Notes under the pieces: model-generated
Database searches by the model: none
What the model was told of the DNA's origin: nothing
Seen by the model: the letters and a program-made list of their open reading frames with translations, nothing else
Translations under genes and position numbers: made by a program
NCBI GenBank assembly: GCA_964490075.1
Contig: CAZBBK010000003.1
Location: forward strand, 124,001-182,789
Direction of reading: 5' to 3'
From: an uncultured Gemmatimonadota bacterium
Lineage (GTDB): Bacteria; GCA-2686955
DNA length: 58,789 nucleotides
Part shown: positions 30,550-39,773 of the stretch, piece after piece
Numbering within the stretch: the stretch's first letter is position 1
How the letters are laid out: each line of letters opens with the position of its first letter

Positions 30550-31604
30550 GCCAGGTCGTCCTTCCGCAGCACCCGGTCGGCCTCCAGGTCGCGCGCTGCC
30601 CGGCGCCCCACCACCGCCCCCATCTCGGCCGGCGAGATGCCGCTGCCCGGCCCTTTGGTGGTCAGCCACTCGCGGCGAATGGTGTCGCCTTCGCGAATCG
30701 CGGTGTGGGTCACGATGCTCTTGGCCAGCTTGGCGCGAATCGGCACCTCGGACTCGTGCAGGCGCTTATAGGCCACGCCCAGCGCCTGCTCCACATGGCG
30801 GATGTCGCGCACCATCTTGGCGAAACCCTGGGGCTCGAGCGAGGCCGCGTGGTCGCCGCCTTTCATTGTCCGGTCGAGGGTGAAGTGGCGCTCCACGATC
30901 TTGGCGCCGAGCGCCGCCGCCACCACCGACACCGCGATCCCCAACTCGTGGCCGGAATAGCCGATCACCGCGTCGGGGAAGGCCGCCGCGTAGCTCTCCA
31001 GCACGCGGAGGTCGATCTCGTGGAAGCGCGAGGGGTAGGTGGAGGTGCACTGCAGCAGCGCGCACGCCGGGGCCAGCTCGCGAACCACCGAATAGGCACG
31101 TGCCACCTCGTCCATCGTCGCCATCCCGGTCGAGAGCACCAACGGCCGCCCCTTGCGCGCGCTGTGCTCCAGGAGCGGCAGATTGGTCAGGTCGGCCGAG
31201 GCCATCTTGAAGAAGGGCACGCCGAGCTCGAAGAGAAAGTCGATGCTCTCTTCGTCCCACCCCGACGCCAGGAAGTCGACCCCCTGCTCTCCGGCCGCCG
31301 CCCGCAGCTCGCCGAAGTCGGCCTCGGAGAGCTCCAGCGCCCGCTTGTGCTCGCCGTAGGTGTCGCCGAAGCTGTGCCGGTTCAGGTAGGGCATCTCCAA
31401 CCCCTTGCGGGTCAGGATGCGGTCGACGTTGCGCTTCTGCAGCTTCACCGCGTCGGCACCGGAATCGGCGGCCGCCGCGATCAGGTCGCGGGCGATGGCC
31501 GGATCGCCCTGGTGGTTGATGCCGATCTCGGCGATCAGGTAGCAGGGGGCTTCGCCGCCGATCGTGCGGTCGCCGATCGAGAAGGATGGGGTGGAGCTGG
31601 ACAT
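30546..31604 (-). CDS. neuB: Nonulosonate (Neu5Ac/KDN)-9-phosphate synthase family with SAF domain
   Basis: IAEIGINHQGD, KLQK, HSFGDTYGEHKRALE, LQCTSTYP, GYSGHELG, ERHFTLD...DH.ASLEP. Confidence 0.92.
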   Translation of the reverse strand: MSSSTPSFSIGDRTIGGEAPCYLIAEIGINHQGDPAIARDLIAAAADSGADAVKLQKRNVDRILTRKGLEMPYLNRHSFGDTYGEHKRALELSEADFGELRAAAGEQGVDFLASGWDEESIDFLFELGVPFFKMASADLTNLPLLEHSARKGRPLVLSTGMATMDEVARAYSVVRELAPACALLQCTSTYPSRFHEIDLRVLESYAAAFPDAVIGYSGHELGIAVSVVAAALGAKIVERHFTLDRTMKGGDHAASLEPQGFAKMVRDIRHVEQALGVAYKRLHESEVPIRAKLAKSIVTHTAIREGDTIRREWLTTKGPGSGISPAEMGAVVGRRAARDLEADRVLRKDDLA

Positions 31605-31621
31605 CGGTCTTGCTTCCGGCT

Positions 31622-32344
31622 TCAGAAACTTGTCTCCAGCGTTCGCCCCAGCGCTTCCAGAGCCGCCAGGTCCGCCGCTGTGTCGATCTCGATTGCGTAG
31701 GACTCGGAATGTATCACATGGCCGATCCGCCCCCCGAGGCGGTTCCCGGTGCGCTCGAAGTGGTCGCGGGTGAAGACGTAGATCGATCCGGTCTCGACGT
31801 AGTGGACGTCGCCCGGCGCCAGGTCCTGGCGGCGCGGCCGGCGCATGAAGTCGTAGCCGGCCCGTGTCCGGTTCCCTTCCACGTGCCAGAAGAAACGGTG
31901 CGTCGGGCTGAGCGAGAGCAGGCTGTCGAAGCCGCCCTCCAGCAGCCGCTCGAGCGCCTCGTCGACCGCGCCGGGCGGGCGCAAGGGGCTGGTCGGCTGC
32001 AAGAGACAGACCAGGTCGGGACGCGGGCAGATCGCTTGCGCTCCACCGGTCGCGTCGAGGAAATGGGCGATGGCGCTCTCGGTCGTCGCGTGGTCGCCCG
32101 CCAGCTCCGCCGGACGCCGCAGCACCAACGCCCCGTTCTTCTGGGCGACGCGCGCGATCTGGTCGTCGTCGGTCGACACCACCACGTCGCTCACGCGCCG
32201 CGCCACGCGTCCCGCTTCGATGCTCCAGGCGACCAGTGGCCGCCCCATGAAGGGCACCAGATTCTTGCGCGGAATCCCCTTGCTGCCGCCGCGCGCCGGG
32301 ATCAGCACCGCCACTCGCGGCTCTGGGCGATCAGTCCCCGCCAT
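31622..32344 (-). CDS. neuA: Acylneuraminate (CMP-nonulosonate) cytidylyltransferase
   Basis: IPARGGSKGIPRKN, VSTDD, LQPTSPLR, EIDT..D (NeuA-type, not the KdsB-type QGDEP). Confidence 0.9.
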   Translation of the reverse strand: MAGTDRPEPRVAVLIPARGGSKGIPRKNLVPFMGRPLVAWSIEAGRVARRVSDVVVSTDDDQIARVAQKNGALVLRRPAELAGDHATTESAIAHFLDATGGAQAICPRPDLVCLLQPTSPLRPPGAVDEALERLLEGGFDSLLSLSPTHRFFWHVEGNRTRAGYDFMRRPRRQDLAPGDVHYVETGSIYVFTRDHFERTGNRLGGRIGHVIHSESYAIEIDTAADLAALEALGRTLETSF

Positions 32345-34175
32345 CGGCTCCGCTCCATGTTTGCGCCGCGAACTGCAGCTCGTAGAGGTTCTTGTAGGCT
32401 CCGCCGGCGGCGATCAGCGCCTCGTGGTCGCCGCTCTCGACGATCCGGCCACTCTCCAGCACCACGATGCGGTCGGCGTGCAGCACGGTCGAGAGCCGGT
32501 GGGCGATCACAATCACCGTGCGCCCCCGCACCAGGTCCTCGATCGCCCGCTGCACCTCGCGCTCCGATTCGGTGTCGAGCGACGAGGTCGCCTCGTCGAG
32601 AATCAGGATCGGGGGGTCCTTGAGGATCGCCCGGGCGATCGCGATGCGCTGCCGTTGGCCGCCCGAGAGGCGCACCCCGCGCTCCCCGATCGCGGTCTCG
32701 AAGCTCTCGGGCAGCGCCTCGATGAAGTTCAGCGCATGGGCCGCGGCGGCGGCCGCGCGCACCGCCTCGGCGCCCGCGTCGGGCCGTCCACAGCGGATGT
32801 TCTCGGCTACCGTCGTATCGAAGAGCACGGTCTCCTGGGGCACCACACCGATTAGCCCCCGCAGCGAGGCCAGCGTGAGGTCGCGCAGGTCGTGCCCGTC
32901 GACCCGCACCCGCCCACCCGTCACGTCGTAGAAACGCGGAATCAGGTCGGCCAGGGTCGACTTGCCTGCCCCGCTCGCTCCCACCAGAGCCACCGTCTCG
33001 CCGGCCGCGATCTCCAGGTCGATCCCGGTGAGCGCCGCCTGGTCCGCGCCGGCGTAGCGCAGCTCCACCCCCTCGAAGCGGATCACCGAGCCAAAACCCT
33101 CCAGCGACACCGCCCCCGGCCGCTCCCGCACCTCCGCCTCGGTGTCGAGCAGCGCGAAGATTCGCCCGGCTCCCGCCAGGCCGTCCTGGATCTGGTTGTT
33201 GACGCGCGCCAGGTAGCGCACCGGCTGCATCACGCTGAAGAGCAGAAAGAGGTAACGAACGAAGTCATCCGACTCCATGCCCGAGCCCGAGAGAACCTCT
33301 TTGCCGCCCAGCCATAGCAGCCAGATGCCGACCCCCACCCCGATCATCTCGGTGGCCGGCGACGCCAGGTTGGCGAGCCGCGCCTGGCGAAAGAGCAGCC
33401 GCGAAAAACGATCCGAGGCCAGGGCGAAGCGCCGCGCCTGCGCCCCCTCCATGGCGAAACCCTGGATCACCCGCATCGCCCCCAGCGCCTCTTGCAGCAC
33501 CCCCATCACGCCCGCGATCTGGCGGCTGGTGCGCGCCGACTTGCGCTTGATCGACGCCCCGATCCAGTGGATCGCCGCCCCCGCCACCGGCAGCATCAGG
33601 ACGGCCAGCAGCGTCAGCCTCCAGTTGATCACGAAGAGCAGCGCGACGAAGGCCAATATGTTGACCGGCTCGGTCATCAGCCGCTGCAAGCTACCGGTCA
33701 GGCTGGCCCGCACCTTGTTCACGTCGTTGATCACCACCGACGCCAGCTCCCCGGTGCGGTGCCGGTCGTAGAAGGCCATCGGCAGGGTCAGGAGCCGATC
33801 GAAGAGGCGCTTGCGCAGTCGCGTCAGAAGCCGCGTCTGCATCCAGGAGAGCGCCGTGTTCTTCACATAGAGCGCCAGGTTTTTGCACGCAAAGGTGAAG
33901 AAGAGCGCCCAGGCCACCCGTCGCAGCGTCTCCAGCCGCGTCTCCCCCTCGATCCAGCGCCCCGTCCACGCCTTGAGCTGCGCGTTGATCGACCCGCCGA
34001 TCTCGGCCACCACTCCCGGCTCCTCGGGTGGTGCAAAGATGGCATGCACCACCGATCCCAGCATCCACACCGACGCCGAATTGAGCAGCACGTAGAGCAG
34101 AGTCGCCGCCACCGAGAGGGCGAACACCGGCCACTCGGGGCGCATGGCGGACACGATTCGGCGGGCATCACGCAT
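32331..34175 (-). CDS. msbA: MsbA-like ABC transporter (fused permease/ATPase)
   Basis: TM domain + GASGAGKST, PRFYD, LSGGQRQR, ILDEATSSLD, IAHRLST; heads the waaA operon. Confidence 0.75.
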   Translation of the reverse strand: MRDARRIVSAMRPEWPVFALSVAATLLYVLLNSASVWMLGSVVHAIFAPPEEPGVVAEIGGSINAQLKAWTGRWIEGETRLETLRRVAWALFFTFACKNLALYVKNTALSWMQTRLLTRLRKRLFDRLLTLPMAFYDRHRTGELASVVINDVNKVRASLTGSLQRLMTEPVNILAFVALLFVINWRLTLLAVLMLPVAGAAIHWIGASIKRKSARTSRQIAGVMGVLQEALGAMRVIQGFAMEGAQARRFALASDRFSRLLFRQARLANLASPATEMIGVGVGIWLLWLGGKEVLSGSGMESDDFVRYLFLLFSVMQPVRYLARVNNQIQDGLAGAGRIFALLDTEAEVRERPGAVSLEGFGSVIRFEGVELRYAGADQAALTGIDLEIAAGETVALVGASGAGKSTLADLIPRFYDVTGGRVRVDGHDLRDLTLASLRGLIGVVPQETVLFDTTVAENIRCGRPDAGAEAVRAAAAAAHALNFIEALPESFETAIGERGVRLSGGQRQRIAIARAILKDPPILILDEATSSLDTESEREVQRAIEDLVRGRTVIVIAHRLSTVLHADRIVVLESGRIVESGDHEALIAAGGAYKNLYELQFAAQTWSGADGGD

Positions 34176-34476
34176 GGCGACATCGTGCACGAGGGGGCGG
34201 GGCGGCACAAGGTTGGTGTGGGGGGGCAATCGGCGCATGAGCGCGGTAGCGATTTGTGGGCGTCGTTCCCTCTTGACGCTCTTCCGCCGACCCCTCACCA
34301 TTCTCGTGAGGCGCGAGAATGCGCCACCCGATCCCCCCCGGCTCGACACGTTTCTCAAGAAGGGAATGCGAGATGTTCGTTCGTAAGGGATCCACTCCTC
34401 ACTCCTCACTCTAGTCCGGCCTAACCCAAGGCACCGCCTTGGTGCAAGCTCGATCTGGCCTCTGTTCGTCTGCGCC

Positions 34477-35886
34477 GTGTGCTTGCTGTGCCTCGATTCG
34501 CGAAATGCCCGCGCCCGGGTACAACCCGTGCCCGCGATCAACGTGCTGGAAAACGCTGATTTCGACTTCAAGTTCCCGACCGCACCGGGGTCGCTCGACA
34601 GCTTCCCGATCCACTGGTGGGGAGCGACGGTCGATCTCCAGGGGCAGACAAGCCTGTGGCGACTGACCGACATCGATCCGTCGCGGAAAATCCAGTTCAA
34701 CACCGAAGGCGGGTTCTACGACTTCGCCCGCAGCCCGGATGGCGGGCAGGCCTCGGTGGTGTTGGAGCCGACCGAGGTCGACGAGGACGGCCACTTGCTC
34801 GAGTACCTGCATTTCGATCGATCGCCGATCGACATCTTGGATTCTCCCGGCATGTACCAGGAAAGAGGCCTGGGCGTGCAGATCCGCCAGTGGGACCCGA
34901 GCCAGATCACAGTTTCGCTCTACGCGGCGACCGAGGTTGCCGGTACCCGTCTGCGAATCGAGTTCACTGAAGTCGTGGGCGTTGGGGGCATCCCGTTGCA
35001 GCACGAGGGCGAGGGTGCATCGAGTGTGATCCACGTCATGCCCGCCCCTGATCCGGAGCAGCCTTGGAAGAAGTACAACCTCGTGGTGCCGGAAGGGTAC
35101 TTCACGGATCAATCTGGGGACCCGCACCCGATCTACCGCTTCAGTCTGCGCGTTGGGTTGCCCGATGACGGCTCGCAGCCGAACGGCGCCAAGGCGGCCG
35201 TCGACCATGTCCGAGTAGCCGACAAGCTCCAATGGCTGTCGTGGTTCGACGGTCCTGGATCGATCCCGCCGCCGGCCGTCGAGATCGACCACCTGGGCTT
35301 CATGGAGCTGGATGACGGGCCTTTCTTTCCACGCGGCCTCTGGTTCGGGCCCACCGACACGAGCCCATGCGCGATCAAGCGCGACCTCTCGGTGATCGGT
35401 CCGGTCGGGATCACCGTGGTCTGTGAGACTCCCATGACGGGCCCCGGGCAGCCAAACCACGATGGTGCTCGGGGCGGTTGGGATCAGGTCGAGGCAATCG
35501 TGCTCTCGCACGATCGCGACAACGGCCAGGGCGATCGTGTCGCCGATGTGCTTGCCTTTCACAGCGGTCGCGATGGCATTTGCGGTGACAACACACCGAC
35601 TCGCTTCAACATCCCTGGGCCGGAGGGTGGCTGGCCCGCCGATAAGGTGGTGCATGCCTTTGCTCTGGATGGCACGCAGGTTTCGCCGCCGGCGGGGATT
35701 GCGGTGCAGCAGGCGATCTACTGCAATCCTCCTGGACCCGCCTCGACCTGTGGCTGCTATGGCGACACGCTCGTGCCGCTCGTGGGTTGGTACTATTGGG
35801 AGTTTTTGTTCGGCATCGCGGGGGCCGACGAGCTCGATGAGAACGAGCCGATGATGGTTCGATTCGAAGTGATGCTGCCGGAGTAG
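34477..35886 (+). CDS. Hypothetical secreted protein; start uncertain
   Basis: Long ORF with normal amino-acid composition; hydrophobic N-terminus; NVLENADF CBM-like start. Confidence 0.6.
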   Translation: MCLLCLDSRNARARVQPVPAINVLENADFDFKFPTAPGSLDSFPIHWWGATVDLQGQTSLWRLTDIDPSRKIQFNTEGGFYDFARSPDGGQASVVLEPTEVDEDGHLLEYLHFDRSPIDILDSPGMYQERGLGVQIRQWDPSQITVSLYAATEVAGTRLRIEFTEVVGVGGIPLQHEGEGASSVIHVMPAPDPEQPWKKYNLVVPEGYFTDQSGDPHPIYRFSLRVGLPDDGSQPNGAKAAVDHVRVADKLQWLSWFDGPGSIPPPAVEIDHLGFMELDDGPFFPRGLWFGPTDTSPCAIKRDLSVIGPVGITVVCETPMTGPGQPNHDGARGGWDQVEAIVLSHDRDNGQGDRVADVLAFHSGRDGICGDNTPTRFNIPGPEGGWPADKVVHAFALDGTQVSPPAGIAVQQAIYCNPPGPASTCGCYGDTLVPLVGWYYWEFLFGIAGADELDENEPMMVRFEVMLPE

Positions 35887-35891
35887 TGGCC

Positions 35892-37892
35892 ATGAGATAC
35901 ACAACAGCACTGTTCATGTACACGGTTCTTTGGTGTGGATCAGCACTTGCCGGCGATGGGCCATTGATGGTCGAGTTCGTCGATCCAGGCCCGCACAATT
36001 CCCTAGATCTCCACGGCCATCGAACATCGAACTGGGCAATCGCCACCGATAGCGCGAATGGTGTGTTCGCCTATGACTGGTCGAATCGCTCTCAGCCACG
36101 CTTCGTCGACATGCGCCCGATCTCCGATCCCCACAGCGTGGCGGTATTCGGCGACACGTGTTATGTTGGGTTTCCCGATCTGCGTGGCTTCAGGCTCGAA
36201 CCGGATCGGGGTTTGCGTGAGGTGCACCATCTCGAGCCGCCCGGTTCGGTCGCGCTCTCCGACAGTCTGCTCTTCGTTGCACGTCGAGATGGACCCGATC
36301 TCTCGATCTACGATCGTCTCGTGCCCGGTGGTCCCAAACTGCTCGCGACAGTCGACGATCCTGAACATTGGCATGGCAGCCCCATGGTTGCAGACGGGGC
36401 CACGCTGTACATCTATGTCTCCTCGTGGCCAATCGTCGGTGTGTGGATCTACGACCTGAGCGATCCGGCAACGCCGGTGAAGATCGGAGAGTTCACCACG
36501 ACCGACCGGGCGGAGAGCATGGCCCTGGAGCCGGATCGAGGTCTCTTGGCGATCGGCGAGCGTGATCGTGTCGAACTCTGGGACGTTCAGATTCCGGCGC
36601 AACCCTTGTGGCAGGCGGCCATCGAGGTTCCCCCCATTTGCCGGAAGGTCGATATTTGTGGCGATCTGATGCTTGTTTCGACCCGCCCGGCTCTGCTGGT
36701 GGACGTTTCCGATCCCGCGGAGCCGATCCCAGTCGCAGAAATGTCGCCGGACAATCCCCATGCCTGGTACAGTTCTGGTCTGGTGCGCGACCAATTCGCA
36801 GCAGTCTCCGTTGTTGGTCCTGGCTTCACCGGCTTCGACATCTCCACCCCCGAGCAGCCCGACTCCATCTGGAGCCGCGAGCGTTCCTCAGCTCTCTACG
36901 GCGTCGCCGTGTGCGACACTCTCTTGATCTCTTCCAATGTAGGCGGCAACGATCAGCATCCCCTCCACCTGCGCATCAACGGTCGCTCCGATCCCCGACG
37001 ACACCATGCCCTGTCGATCTTGCCCTTGAGTGCTTCGCCCACCGGGCTGATCGCGCGGGATCGAGTCGCCTACGTCGCTCCCAGGCTGTGGACCGTCGAT
37101 CTGAGCGATCCGCGGGCGCCCGTGGTGACGGACTCGTTGTGGCAACCCCTGGACTCCAGCTGGGAGCTCGTTGCCGAGCTACCGGGCGGTTTCGCGACGA
37201 TAAGCCATCAGAGCGAGCTTGCCATCTGCTCCACCGCCGATCCCCTTCACCCGACAGTCCGCTCCAGGACCTTGGTCTCCGACTTCGACCCGGACTGGGA
37301 GATGGTGACAGCCGAGCTCTACGGAAGATGGGAGGTGATCCTGCGGGGCAGCTACGAGCTGTTCCGCTACGACGTCACCGACCCGGATTTCCCGGTGTTG
37401 ATCGAGCACGACACCGAGAACTTCAGCGGCGCAGACAAGATCGCGATCGACGGCACTCGGCTCTACGTGAGCTACTACTGGGACCACTTTAAGGCTTTCG
37501 AGCTGCGCGAGAGCGGTGTGGCCTTGCTCGATGCCCTGCCGCATGAGCTCTTCGGGACCGATGCGATGGCCGCCCGAGACGGTCGCATCTACGTGCTCGA
37601 ACGAGTCTCAGAGCCGAGCGATGACTGGAGCAGGCTCTCGCTCTACACCTACAGTCCTGGCGATGGGCCTTGCTGGTTGGATCAGTCGTGGGCCCTCGGG
37701 TCGGGCACCGGAGAGATCCTCGCGCCTCCCGGCCAGCGGGTGATTGCGCCCCTCAGTGGTGGACTGCACATCTATCGCGATCTGGGTGCCCGGGCCCGGA
37801 CGCTCGATCCCATGCTGCCGGCTCCCGAGGTGGAGCTGCCGGGACGGGTCGAGCCGGTGCCCTTCGTCGAGAATCGGAGGGCCGGTCCTTGA
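35892..37892 (+). CDS. Secreted LVIVD-repeat-like beta-propeller protein
   Basis: Signal peptide; repeated IYDLSDPATP, LVDVSDPAEP, FDISTPEQP, VDLSDPRAP, YDVTDPDFP units. Confidence 0.72.
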   Translation: MRYTTALFMYTVLWCGSALAGDGPLMVEFVDPGPHNSLDLHGHRTSNWAIATDSANGVFAYDWSNRSQPRFVDMRPISDPHSVAVFGDTCYVGFPDLRGFRLEPDRGLREVHHLEPPGSVALSDSLLFVARRDGPDLSIYDRLVPGGPKLLATVDDPEHWHGSPMVADGATLYIYVSSWPIVGVWIYDLSDPATPVKIGEFTTTDRAESMALEPDRGLLAIGERDRVELWDVQIPAQPLWQAAIEVPPICRKVDICGDLMLVSTRPALLVDVSDPAEPIPVAEMSPDNPHAWYSSGLVRDQFAAVSVVGPGFTGFDISTPEQPDSIWSRERSSALYGVAVCDTLLISSNVGGNDQHPLHLRINGRSDPRRHHALSILPLSASPTGLIARDRVAYVAPRLWTVDLSDPRAPVVTDSLWQPLDSSWELVAELPGGFATISHQSELAICSTADPLHPTVRSRTLVSDFDPDWEMVTAELYGRWEVILRGSYELFRYDVTDPDFPVLIEHDTENFSGADKIAIDGTRLYVSYYWDHFKAFELRESGVALLDALPHELFGTDAMAARDGRIYVLERVSEPSDDWSRLSLYTYSPGDGPCWLDQSWALGSGTGEILAPPGQRVIAPLSGGLHIYRDLGARARTLDPMLPAPEVELPGRVEPVPFVENRRAGP

Positions 37893-38426
37893 GCGTCAAG
37901 GCTGCCGACGAGCGCGCGAATCTGGACAGCCGAGCGGGTCTGCCCGACTGGCGGCCGAGCAGCGCATCTCGACCGGACGGATCCTCACCCTTCCGGTCCG
38001 TGACCCGGATTGTATCGAGGGGCGCCCCCTCGGGGTCCCGACGATTCCGCCAGGATTCTGGTCCATTGGGGGCGACGGACCGGGGGGGGGCGAGTCGGGC
38101 CAAAGCCTCAGTTGCACCCAAGTCGCCCGAAGTTGGCACTTCTCACACCCAGGCGGATTGAGTTTTACATTCTCCGCTCATCCGCATCCGATCGGGCCGG
38201 TCGAGGCGGGGTTTGGAGCTGTCCTGGAGCCGAGTCGAGGGAGGATGTCAGACTGAATCCGGTTCGGTGCGAGAACTGTCAAGCTCAGCCGCACTGGGTG
38301 CTCCTGTCGACGAATAGCCGAGCGAGCGGTCGCCCTTCGTATCCGGCGAGCTCGGAACTCGCCGATCGACCGGATCTACGGCACATCTGGGCGCCGACCC
38401 GGGGAGCTGTTTCTTCGCCGATCCTT

Positions 38427-38609
38427 AGGGCCTGTAAATGAATAAACGGGTCACCTCGCATCCCATCTTCGGGCCATCTTCGACCGATGCCTCAATCGTG
38501 CGATCCTCGACGCAGGTTGCCACTGCGCCTCCGGTTGCACTCAATCGGATCGGCCGAATCTGACCCAAATCTGGGCGCGATCTGACACGTGTATTCATTT
38601 CCAGGCCCT
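38427..38609. mobile_element. Non-autonomous TIR element (MITE family B, 183 bp)
   Basis: 27-bp imperfect TIRs AGGGCCTGTAAATGAATAAACGGGTCA / TGACACGTGTATTCATTTCCAGGCCCT (24/27 match); no ORF inside. Confidence 0.7.
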
Positions 38610-38616
38610 TGGCGCG

Positions 38617-39504
38617 ATGATCGGCCGCTGGATCGGAATCGCGACGCTGCTCGTCATGGCCTCTTCGAGTCGTGCATCGACCACTCCTCCGCCTCCTCCT
38701 TGCCCGGACGATTCGTTGACCTTGGTGCAGCTCCTTCCGACGCTGGCCCGTGGCGGGCTCAGCGCCGAGGGAGACCTCGCGGTGATCGGGGGGGCGCGGG
38801 GCAAGCCGGTCCTCGATTTGAGCCCCGGACCGGTGCCGGACCGGGAGCTAGTGGTCGCCCGGTTCGCCGTCAGCCTGGACGCCTTCCCGCCCGGCAGGCG
38901 CGGGGCTGCATTCGTGGATGGGAACGAGCTAATCGCGGCCGATCTGGTGAGCGGTGACACCCTGGTCCTGAGCAGCACCTGGCCGGTCGCGGGCTGTACC
39001 ACCGATCTGGACGCCCGGGCTTTCGGCGCCGACACCTTGCTCGCGCTCACCACCGGCAGCCGGCTCTACGCCTTCCAGTTCACGCCGACCACCGGTCTCG
39101 ATCTGATCGCCAGCGAGATCACCGGCTACGACGACGCCTACCCCGGCCTCTTCGACGACCCATGGCGCGGTCCCTGCGTCGCGATTCAGGGCTGGGACGG
39201 GGGGATCGAGACCTACCTGATCGATCTGGCCCAGCGCAGCCTGGAGCTTCTCGATTCAGTGCGTTTCCGCCCGCGCTTTCCGAGGTGGCGATCTACCAAC
39301 GACCGAATCTGCGCTGAGTGCCGGTTCCTCGTCACGAGACGATCAACCCTCTGTCCTCACGCCCACAAGACCTGCACGTCGTACTCGGCGATCCTGGCGT
39401 CACGGGTCACGAGCACCAGGCTCTCCGAGCGCGCCTGGACCACCTGCATCCGATCGAAGGGATCGTGGTGGTGGGCGGGCAGTTCGGCAACCGCGAGTGC
39501 GTGA
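38617..39504 (+). pseudogene. Secreted beta-propeller-like protein, truncated at ~39260
   Basis: Signal peptide and beta-rich body; after ~39260 the frame reads antisense through a PIN-gene fragment. Confidence 0.5.
38885..38925 (+). repeat. Remnant end of MITE family C inside a coding frame
   Basis: 39/41 identical to the reverse complement of 44202-44242; encodes the same PPGRRGAAFVDG peptide. Confidence 0.8.
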
Positions 39505-39650
39505 TCCAGAGCGATCGGCAGAACCTCGATGTGATCCTTGCGCAACACCTCATCGAGATTCCCCGGGTAGTCCAGCCGGCCGATCGCCTTCTTGATCGCC
39601 ATCTCCCACGCCGCCGCCGCGCTCAGATAGACGTTCTTGCCGCCAGATGC
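39357..39650 (-). pseudogene. vapC: 5'-truncated VapC/PIN toxin
   Basis: NVYLSAAAAWEMAIK...LPAHHHDPFDRM...LVTRD; the N-terminal LLDTH motif is missing, with an in-frame TGA just upstream; no antitoxin. Confidence 0.8.
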
Positions 39651-39693
39651 CGACCCCGAATCCGCCCCTCACCCCGCCGCCCGCGGAGAGCGA

Positions 39694-39722
39694 TTGCCAC
39701 CGCCCAAAGCCCCCTCTATGGT
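39694..39722 (+). promoter_or_regulatory. Putative sigma70 promoter of the decarboxylase operon
   Basis: TTGCCA-N17-TATGGT; SD AGGAG before ATG 39774. Confidence 0.55.
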
Positions 39723-39773
39723 CCCCGCAAGCGCGCCCGAACACCCCCACCGCCGCCGCAGGAGATCCGCACC

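Noticed and set aside
31622-32344. Calling the cytidylyltransferase kdsB because it neighbours waaA
   Set aside because: Motifs are NeuA-type (ARGGSKGIPRKN, QPTSPLR), not KdsB-type (ARxxSTRLPGKPL, QGDEP)
34411-34430. CTAG-initiated segments (34411 and 43680) as further MITE ends
   Set aside because: No matching inverted partner or second copy found by eye
37893-38426. Long intergenic region as a CRISPR array, tRNA or ncRNA
   Set aside because: Only short GC-rich hairpins; no regularly spaced repeats, cloverleaf or recognisable Rfam motif
39691-39705. 15-bp repeat CGATTGCCACCGCCC shared with 45777-45791, considered as att sites bounding an island
   Set aside because: Both copies coincide with predicted -35 boxes (TTGCCA) and there is no integrase or tRNA; promoter similarity is the simpler explanation, though not proven
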